From Candidatus Thalassarchaeum betae (GTDB lineage: Archaea; Thermoplasmatota; Poseidoniia; Poseidoniales; Thalassarchaeaceae): a DNA stretch of 64,000 nt. A model generated the notes under the pieces. That model was not told the DNA's origin and searched no databases. It saw nothing but the letters and a program-made list of their open reading frames with translations. Location of the stretch: contig PSPG01000007.1 of NCBI GenBank assembly GCA_003193925.1, positions 13,612 to 77,611 on the forward strand, given 5' to 3'. Positions 57,051-64,000 of this stretch are shown here, one piece after another. A program made the translations under genes and the position numbers. Within the stretch, counting starts at the first letter, position 1. Every line of letters starts with the position of its first letter.

Positions 57051-57745
57051 GCCTCACTCCACCAGGCTTCCTTGATGTCCGAAGCGGCTACCTTGCCGTC
57101 CCTCAGCAGAAGCATACGGTCCGCCTTCGAGGCTAGAACTGGATCGTGTGTGACCATGAGGACAGAAATCGCATCCTCGTGACAGAGTTCCTTGAACAAC
57201 TCAAGGGTCTCCTTGCCTGACTTGATGTCGAGATTGCCCGTCGGCTCGTCTGCTAGCAGGAGCGGGCGCGAGCCAGCGATGGCTCGTGCGATTGCCACGC
57301 GCTGGCGTTGGCCGCCGGACAATTCGTCCGGCTTGAACGTCTCACGATCGCCGAGGCCGACCCTATCGAGGGCGGTGCGTGCTTCCTCCTCGGCTGCACT
57401 CGATTCGAGTCCGGAGAGTTCGAGTGCGAGTGCGACATTGTCGAGTGCTGACAAGTGGTCGAGGAGATGGAAATCCTGGAATACCCAGCCGACTCCGTGG
57501 CGTCGAAGTTCAACCAGATTACGCGGGTGATCCATGCCAAAATGGAATTCAGCCAAATCAATCGAACCGGCGTCGGCCTCGAGCAAGCCGCCGATGATGT
57601 TGAGCAGGGTCGACTTTCCGCAGCCAGACGGACCCATGAGGGCCACTAGCTCACCTGGCTTCACCTCGAGGTCGATGCCTTCGAGAACTTCCAGTCTAGT
57701 GGCACCTGAACCGAAGCCCTTTCGCAGGTCCTCGACGCGCAGCAT
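57047..57745 (-). CDS. ABC ATP-binding protein (LolD-like)
   Basis: GPSGCGKST, LSGGQRQR, LLADEPTGNLD, MVTHD. Confidence 0.93.
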   Translation of the reverse strand: MLRVEDLRKGFGSGATRLEVLEGIDLEVKPGELVALMGPSGCGKSTLLNIIGGLLEADAGSIDLAEFHFGMDHPRNLVELRRHGVGWVFQDFHLLDHLSALDNVALALELSGLESSAAEEEARTALDRVGLGDRETFKPDELSGGQRQRVAIARAIAGSRPLLLADEPTGNLDIKSGKETLELFKELCHEDAISVLMVTHDPVLASKADRMLLLRDGKVAASDIKEAWWSEA

Positions 57746-57856
57746 GCTACCTCCCAATACAAACGGATAATTGCTGTTTCCCCAACACTATTCAGCGATT
57801 ACAAGGAGATTGACAAGAATGCCCCCCCTCCGGATGATGACTGTAGCCAAAGTGAG

Positions 57857-58936
57857 TCACTTGCATGCCGTATCATAAGCCCTGGAGAGTGCCTCGCCCT
57901 GTGCTTTCGGGCTCAGCGACGCCGTGACGTGTTCGATTAGTGATTCGTCTGGGTGTCTCGGTACCCCGCCCGCACGCTTCCATTCAGCGTGTATCCGGAC
58001 TACCTCATCCACCCAGGCCATCAAGTCGGTGGCAGACAGCAGGCACCTGTCAGGTATGACCTCGTTGTGCGCGGGAAGATTGGCTGCGATGACGGGGCAT
58101 CCGGCGGCCATAGCCTCTGCCGGAGGGTAGCCGAATCCCTCGGAGATGCTCGGGAACAGCAGCGCTTCGGCGTGCTGTAAGGCAGCGACGAGCTGTTCGT
58201 CAGACAACTCCACCTCGCTGCCGATGTGCAGCATGTGAATGTCCTGCGCCACCTCCTCGGGCAGGCTGGTGATGACGTCGCGCACGAAGTCCAGTCGCTT
58301 ACGTGGCTCGTCGCTTCCGACAGTGATGAGTAGACACTTCGAGTCGTCGTCGTGCTCGGTGAGTAGATCGCGTGAGCGCGGGTTGCCCTCTGGGTCCCAG
58401 TAGTCGAGGTCTATCTGGTGTCGGACTAGCGCGGTCGGCTTGCCCGGGAACATGCGCTCGACGTCCCTCTTCGTCATCTCTGAGATGCACATCAGGAGGT
58501 CCGCCCGCTCCAGCCCGGCCTTGAGGCGCTTGAGGTCGCGACGACGTAACAGACCTGGCCTCTGATCACCCACCGGGACGCTGATGTCGCCGGCCTTGAT
58601 CTCGCGGGGCCTGAGGTGGAAGAGGTCGTGGACGGTCACGACCACGGGTAGCTCACAATCCTCCGGGACGAGGTGGGCCTGCTCTTGGTCAGTGATGTGC
58701 AGGATGTCGGCATTCGAGCCCTCCATCGAGGTGGAGACGGATGCCGGGTGCTTGCGCCATCTGGTGAGCAGGCGGCTGGGCGCGAAATGCAGGATGGCGT
58801 GCTCGAGAGTGATGACCTTGGTCCAGCCTGGCACCAGAGCGCTTTGGAGCAGTGACTCGATTGCGTGGTGGGCGCGTCCCAGACCTGTGCTTGATGGCAG
58901 GGCAGCGCCGCGAGCCAGTACAACCCGCTTGACCAT
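57857..58936 (-). CDS. Glycosyltransferase family 4
   Basis: VVTVHDL, VGSDEPRK, FPSISEGFGYPPAEAMAAGCPVI. Confidence 0.88.
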   Translation of the reverse strand: MVKRVVLARGAALPSSTGLGRAHHAIESLLQSALVPGWTKVITLEHAILHFAPSRLLTRWRKHPASVSTSMEGSNADILHITDQEQAHLVPEDCELPVVVTVHDLFHLRPREIKAGDISVPVGDQRPGLLRRRDLKRLKAGLERADLLMCISEMTKRDVERMFPGKPTALVRHQIDLDYWDPEGNPRSRDLLTEHDDDSKCLLITVGSDEPRKRLDFVRDVITSLPEEVAQDIHMLHIGSEVELSDEQLVAALQHAEALLFPSISEGFGYPPAEAMAAGCPVIAANLPAHNEVIPDRCLLSATDLMAWVDEVVRIHAEWKRAGGVPRHPDESLIEHVTASLSPKAQGEALSRAYDTACK

Positions 58937-58987
58937 GTGGCCACCAAGGCGTATCGGACTTAAACGAGGGCGGGTGATGGGTCAGGT

Positions 58988-60217
58988 ATGAAGAGTAATG
59001 GCGAGGGGGGTGCTGCGGTGGGCGAGCTCGTCGTGGCCAAGGGCAGTTTCGCAGCGATGGGCGGGGCTGAGCGCGACCTGATCCGCAACCTGCCGGCGCT
59101 CTCTCGGACGTTCTCGGTCAGCGTGGCTACGCTTCACCCGGTCCCCGAGCTGGAGTCCATTTGCTCGGAGCTCGGAGTTCACCTCATCAGCCCCAAGCAA
59201 CCATGGGAATTGCCCACCGGAGCCTTCGCTACCGTACTGGACACTGGGATGGACAACGCATCCGATGCTTGGGCAGGATGCCCCGGCCTGCTCGACGAGA
59301 TCGCCGGCTCGGATGCCGTGCACCTCGTGAGCGGTGACGGCAGCCTCGCGCTGCTCGAGCACGTGCCCGAGACGGTGGCTGTCCACCTGCACCTGCTCGA
59401 GCCGCATCGCGGACTGCACGAGGATGTGCTGCACCGCGAGGTCGACGGCTCGCCCAAGCGCAGCCTCGGCCTCACCAGCGCCCTGCTTTCGAGGGCGAGG
59501 CGGCGTGACATCGACGCCATCCGCGGCCTGAGCGACAGGCCTCGCTCTGCTATCAGCGGCAACTCGAGTTACACGGCCAGCCGCATCGGCGAGGTCTACG
59601 GCATCGAGGCGGGAGTGCTTCTGCCGAGCGTGGTCGCAGACGAGTTCCCTGTCAGGGCTTCCTCGGACGAGCCCGCCTCGGTGGGCGATATGTCCGGGCC
59701 GTACGTGGTCAGCGTCGGCCGAGCCAGTTGGGTCAAGGGTACTTGGGAATCCATCTCGATGCTTGCCGGCAGTGGCCTGGCGCTGGCTCACGTCGGGGGC
59801 GGAGATGACGGTGATCTGACCCGCCTCCGGGATTACGCCGAATCGTGCGACGTCGGACTATGGGTCGCACCGCATCTCAGCTCACTCGAGATGGCTTCGC
59901 TGATGCGTGGCGCCAGAGCGGTCGTCAGCATGGCGCACGCCGAGCCCTTCGGACTCACCCCTATCGAGGCGTTCTCCGTCGGTACACCAGCCCTCTTCGT
60001 CGATGAGGGTGGCTTCCGCGACACGGTGGTCGACGGTGTCAACGGCCGCCTTCTGGTACGCGACGACCGAGCGGCTTGGCAGGACGCGCTGGAGCAAGCC
60101 GCGGATGCGGAAACCCGTGCTCGCTGGGCCAAATGGGGGCGCGCTAGCATAGCGGAGCTTGGCCTCAGCCCGGAGGCGCATTCCAACCGCTTGACGGCGA
60201 TTCTAGGCGTCCTTTGA
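58988..60217 (+). CDS. Glycosyltransferase family 4 (ALG2-like)
   Basis: MGGAER, NSSYTA, EPFGLTPIEA, GGFRDTVVDGVNG. Confidence 0.88.
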   Translation: MKSNGEGGAAVGELVVAKGSFAAMGGAERDLIRNLPALSRTFSVSVATLHPVPELESICSELGVHLISPKQPWELPTGAFATVLDTGMDNASDAWAGCPGLLDEIAGSDAVHLVSGDGSLALLEHVPETVAVHLHLLEPHRGLHEDVLHREVDGSPKRSLGLTSALLSRARRRDIDAIRGLSDRPRSAISGNSSYTASRIGEVYGIEAGVLLPSVVADEFPVRASSDEPASVGDMSGPYVVSVGRASWVKGTWESISMLAGSGLALAHVGGGDDGDLTRLRDYAESCDVGLWVAPHLSSLEMASLMRGARAVVSMAHAEPFGLTPIEAFSVGTPALFVDEGGFRDTVVDGVNGRLLVRDDRAAWQDALEQAADAETRARWAKWGRASIAELGLSPEAHSNRLTAILGVL

Positions 60218-60220
60218 TGT

Positions 60221-60239
60221 CCTGACACTGTGTGTCAGG
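60221..60239. promoter_or_regulatory. Operator-like palindrome CCTGACAC-N3-GTGTCAGG
   Basis: Perfect 8-bp arms ending 11 bp before TTGATAT (60251) and about 40 bp before the ATG at 60281. Confidence 0.45.
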
Positions 60240-60280
60240 TGTGGCCAGCGTTGATATGGAGTCAGCGGGGCAGCGGTTCC

Positions 60281-61072
60281 ATGCACGGCGAGAGTGATGG
60301 AAGAACTCGAGACCGCTCAACCCAGATCGCCCTGACCCTGGGACTGCTGCTCTTCGCGTCGGTCATCCTCGGCTCAGGTGCTCTTGGAGACGCGAATGAC
60401 CTGATTGCCTCGGATGAGAATTTAGATGCCGACCGCGATGACGCGAATGACCGCGTAGACTTGGAGATGGACCGAGAGCTCGGCCGAGAGAATGACGAGT
60501 GGGGCATGGCCAAGAATGACCGCGACTGGGAGGAAAATCGGATTGACCCCAAGGTCCGGCAGGAAATGGCCTACATGAGGTGCCATGACCACGTCTTCGG
60601 GACTTTCTGGGAGAACACTGGAGACGTCCTCGAATTGGAGGACGGTTCCGGCTTCGAGATTACCATATACGACGATGAGGGCAACGAGGAGGGCTGGTTC
60701 CTCCCCCCCGATGCGATGTGGCAGATAACTTCCGGGCTAGACGCTCTCGTCGACTCCTGTGCTGACATGAAGATGCAGAAGATGGATCGCGGAATGGACA
60801 GGGACGACCGCCGAGGCCACGACCGCCACAGGATCGACTGCGACCGGATCGACTGGGACGAGGATGAGCCCCGGGACACCAACGACGAGGAGTCGGATCG
60901 AGTGGACGAGGATGACAGGCGAGACCGCATCCACCAGATGATCCGAGAGCGGTGCGCTGACCGCGGCGACTGGGATGGGGACTGGGACCGCGAAGACTGG
61001 GTCGACGAGGACGGGGAGACCGATGAGGTTGACTCCGACGAAGACGAGAACGAGAACGAGCCCCGGGACTAG
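60281..61072 (+). CDS. Asp/Arg/Glu-rich low-complexity protein with N-terminal TM/signal
   Basis: One hydrophobic segment followed by DR-rich tracts and four Cys. Confidence 0.7.
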   Translation: MHGESDGRTRDRSTQIALTLGLLLFASVILGSGALGDANDLIASDENLDADRDDANDRVDLEMDRELGRENDEWGMAKNDRDWEENRIDPKVRQEMAYMRCHDHVFGTFWENTGDVLELEDGSGFEITIYDDEGNEEGWFLPPDAMWQITSGLDALVDSCADMKMQKMDRGMDRDDRRGHDRHRIDCDRIDWDEDEPRDTNDEESDRVDEDDRRDRIHQMIRERCADRGDWDGDWDREDWVDEDGETDEVDSDEDENENEPRD

Positions 61073-61629
61073 TCGAGCGAGATGCGCTCTGCCTTAGGGC
61101 CGAGCCGGAACACCACGACCAGAGCCACTATGCCGATGAGCAGCAGCACGGCTGAGATTATCGGGTTCAGCACTGTCGCCGAGTCGGAAGGCAGCCATAT
61201 CGGCAGGATGTCGAACAGCGACTCGTCGCGCACCAGCTTGCCGCCTATCGACGAGGCCATCGTGGTCATCAGGAAGGCCATCACGGCCGTGAGTCCCTGC
61301 AGCGCGCTGAGAGGGCGCACGTAGGCGGCCCAGAACCCCAGTGCGAGGCCACTGTAGACGAACTTGTTGTACAACAGGGCGTTGGTCACCGCGTTGTCGG
61401 CGGCGAACGAGCCGCTCAGCATGGCAATCGGCATGAAAGCGAGGCCGAGCGAGGCGCCGGCGAGGGCGGCCTTGTCCATCGTACTCATCATGCTCTCGGA
61501 GGAGAGCCTGCCGGTCATCCCCGGGAACAAGCTCGCCACGGTGCAACCCACTGCGCAGAGAGTTGCCAGCACCATCGTGCCTACGACGATCTCGCCCATC
61601 ACCGCGTGGAAGGTCGCTGCGCTGATCAT
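61069..61629 (-). CDS. Multi-pass membrane protein (weakly DUF2231-like)
   Basis: About 5 TM segments, N-terminal FHAVM, ASSIGGKLV. Overlaps the upstream stop. Confidence 0.65.
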   Translation of the reverse strand: MISAATFHAVMGEIVVGTMVLATLCAVGCTVASLFPGMTGRLSSESMMSTMDKAALAGASLGLAFMPIAMLSGSFAADNAVTNALLYNKFVYSGLALGFWAAYVRPLSALQGLTAVMAFLMTTMASSIGGKLVRDESLFDILPIWLPSDSATVLNPIISAVLLLIGIVALVVVFRLGPKAERISLD

Positions 61630-62765
61630 CAGTCATCGCCTCCCGGCGGGTTCTCTGGGTCTGCCACCCACTCCTCCTCCACTGGATCCCACAGCCACCC
61701 GGGGGCCTCCTCGGATGACACGAGCCTCGACCAGTAGTCGTCTGCCGGCTCCGGCTCTAGACCGGGCGGGGGCGGCGGGACTTCCTCGGCCTGCGCCGCC
61801 TCGACCTCCTCGGTGTGGTCTAGCTCGGGCCTTCCCTCCCATGGTGAGAGGCGGGTCTGGAGTGCCACGAGGAAGGCGAGCACAAGGAAGGCGAAGGCGA
61901 GGGACTGCAGGCGGGCATCCCATATCCCCCCGTCGAAGGGCGGTGGCTTGGTCCCCACGGTCAGCCACGGCTGCACGATCGAGAACTCCCCGTTCGAGGT
62001 CGTCACCTGATACTGCATCCTAGTGTCACCTATGGTCGCAGGGAGCATGACCGCCCAGACGTCGTCCTCGACCATCTGGGCCTCGGCGTCGTGCGGCACC
62101 CACTCGCCATCGAGCATCCACTGCACGGAGACCGAAGTCGCGTTCTTGGTGCGAATGACAGTCGGCGAATCGTCGCCGGTCACTCTCATCTCGGGGGTCC
62201 AGTCGAAGGAGAAGCCAGGCAGATTCTCCGGCACCGGCTGGACATCGACCGAGTAGCCCATGGTAAGAGCGGAATAGGCCCAATTGTTGGGGTTCGGGTT
62301 GACCCCGTGATGAATCGAGGCGAACAGGTTCTGCATCCCTGCATGCTCCGGTGCCAGCATCACCCAAGTGAGGGTTATCGAGCCGCTCGGCGGCACGACG
62401 ACTAGGACGTAATTGTGCAAGCCGCCGTTGGGGTCCTGCAGGATGTGCCACCCGTGATCCTCGGGTCGGTCGTCGTTGCCATTGGCCGAGCCGAGCAGGA
62501 AGACGCCAAGCAACCGGTTGCCGGACAGGCTCATCCCGCTTGCCGTGACATGGATCGCGATCGCGGTGCCGGTGAACGCCATGGAGTCCACGGAGATCGT
62601 CACTGTGCCGTCAGAGGGGCTGCTCAGGGCCGGGTCGCCGTGGCACGAACCGCCGCAGGTGTAGTCCCTGCCGGCATCGCTCTCCCCACCGGGGTTGGCG
62701 ACGCCCGCACTTGTTGCGAGCAACAGTGCGATGACTGCGAGGACCGCGGCGCGCGAGCGCATCAT
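61629..62765 (-). CDS. Membrane-anchored protein with Reeler/choice-of-anchor V-like domain (CxxxCH)
   Basis: Signal peptide, NPGG...TCGGSCHG, LTWVMLAP, TM segment, cytoplasmic GWLWDPVEEEWV tail. Confidence 0.7.
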   Translation of the reverse strand: MMRSRAAVLAVIALLLATSAGVANPGGESDAGRDYTCGGSCHGDPALSSPSDGTVTISVDSMAFTGTAIAIHVTASGMSLSGNRLLGVFLLGSANGNDDRPEDHGWHILQDPNGGLHNYVLVVVPPSGSITLTWVMLAPEHAGMQNLFASIHHGVNPNPNNWAYSALTMGYSVDVQPVPENLPGFSFDWTPEMRVTGDDSPTVIRTKNATSVSVQWMLDGEWVPHDAEAQMVEDDVWAVMLPATIGDTRMQYQVTTSNGEFSIVQPWLTVGTKPPPFDGGIWDARLQSLAFAFLVLAFLVALQTRLSPWEGRPELDHTEEVEAAQAEEVPPPPPGLEPEPADDYWSRLVSSEEAPGWLWDPVEEEWVADPENPPGGDD

Positions 62766-64000
62766 GCACCCCTCCTGCGGCTCTCTGCGAGTGTGAGCCC
62801 GATGGCCGCCGCACCGAGCAGGAGCAGCAGCGCGGCTATCGGGATTGCGAGCAGCTTGGGCGAGCCGGTCGGGTCGGTGTCTACCGAGTCAGCCGCAGTG
62901 GTGGCATCGACGCTGACCATGTTCACCCCGTCGACGATCCAGACCACCTCGTTCCCGTCGACCACCGTGGTCACCGCGTAGTACAGCACCGAAGCGACTG
63001 GGGCCGTCTCGCTCCAGGTGGTGTCGCTCGTCACGCCCGCTGGCTCCATGTCGAGCGGGACGGGCTCGCCCCAGAGGGGGACTTCGTCCATCGAGGTCAG
63101 ACCGACCACGGTGGTGATCGGGCTGGTTGAGCGGTAGACCCTGTACTCCGACGAGGAGCCGGACCAAGCGAGGTGGACGGTGGAACCGTCGAGGCTGGCG
63201 GAGAGCGAGGAGACCATAATCACAGAGCCGAACACGATGTCGTTCTCCAGCGTGTCAGAGCCGCCCATGTCGTCGATGACGGTGAGGGAGACGGTGTGCA
63301 CGCCTCCCGGGAGCAGGACACCTATCGACTGGCCGGCGAGCTCGACACCGTTGATCGTCCAGAACCAAGTGACTACCTCGCCGTCGGGGTCGGACGAGTT
63401 CGAGGCGTCGAAGCTCGCCATCGCACCGGGTACAGGTGGCTCGGGCGAGGTCGACCAGAACGCGGTGGGGGGCAGGTTGGCGATAGTGACGCTCTGCGAG
63501 GCCGAGCTCGACAGCCCCCAAGGGTCGTTGGCGAACACCGTCACGCCCCATAGTTGGCCGGGCTCGAGGCGCGAGGCTGGGACGAGCGAGGCGCCATCGA
63601 ATTCAGGCACGTGGAATCCGTTCCTCGACCACTGGTAGTCGAACAGCACTATCTCCTCATCGGGGTCCTCTGAGTATGCCTCGGCCGCGAGGTCGTGTAG
63701 CGAGTCCGGAATGCCGATGCTGCCGGAGAAGTCCCCGCCGAGGGTGATCTCTGGCGCGCTCGGGGGGGCGTTCTGGATGGCGCGCGCGTTGGTCTTCATC
63801 GAGGAGCCGAGGTCCTCGCCGTCGCCGGGAACCACCTGCACGGACCAATGCTGGTCTCTGACCGTCTCAGAGGCGGGGATGGTGGTCATCCCGTCGTAAT
63901 CCCGCTCCCACTCGCCGTTGACCCACCAGCGGATCTCGCTGTTGGACTCGGCGTCGCCGTCTATGTCCGTCTGCTCCCACACCACTGAGAGGTTCGTCGT
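62762..64000 (-). CDS. PKD/Ig-domain surface protein, 3' part (5' end beyond window)
   Basis: FDASNSSDPDGEVVTWFW, GVHTVSLTVIDD, C-terminal TM followed by RRR. Frame is open to the window edge. Confidence 0.85.
   Translation of the reverse strand, partial: TTNLSVVWEQTDIDGDAESNSEIRWWVNGEWERDYDGMTTIPASETVRDQHWSVQVVPGDGEDLGSSMKTNARAIQNAPPSAPEITLGGDFSGSIGIPDSLHDLAAEAYSEDPDEEIVLFDYQWSRNGFHVPEFDGASLVPASRLEPGQLWGVTVFANDPWGLSSSASQSVTIANLPPTAFWSTSPEPPVPGAMASFDASNSSDPDGEVVTWFWTINGVELAGQSIGVLLPGGVHTVSLTVIDDMGGSDTLENDIVFGSVIMVSSLSASLDGSTVHLAWSGSSSEYRVYRSTSPITTVVGLTSMDEVPLWGEPVPLDMEPAGVTSDTTWSETAPVASVLYYAVTTVVDGNEVVWIVDGVNMVSVDATTAADSVDTDPTGSPKLLAIPIAALLLLLGAAAIGLTLAESRRRGA

Overview
GC-rich, gene-dense archaeal chromosomal segment. 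Archaeal markers are RadA, Hel308, Cgi121, Taw1/Taw2 and an A1:U72 initiator tRNA-Met. It also carries bacterial-type genes (orn, uvrC, guaB, a RimB-like protease, a pcs-like fragment) and several huge acidic membrane-anchored surface proteins and peptidases. This mix suggests Marine Group II Euryarchaeota (Ca. Poseidoniales); that is an inference, as no rRNA is present. About 48 CDS and one tRNA were found, with no transposase, integrase or CRISPR array. The most interesting region is about 15.3-22.3 kb. Three minus-strand genes there (a beta-propeller lipoprotein, a secreted catalytic-domain-free double-dockerin protein and a membrane-anchored double wHTH regulator) share a ~20-bp upstream motif 37-38 bp from their start codons, which suggests an undescribed local regulon. 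The same region holds a diverged duplicate of the dockerin promoter and signal peptide and a ~270-bp non-coding hairpin cluster. Other oddities are an M29 aminopeptidase homolog missing 4 of 6 metal ligands, a truncated Pcs-like gene ending at a perfect palindrome, an archaeal Orn, and a compositionally mosaic msrA. All product calls come from motif recognition by eye, not from database searches.
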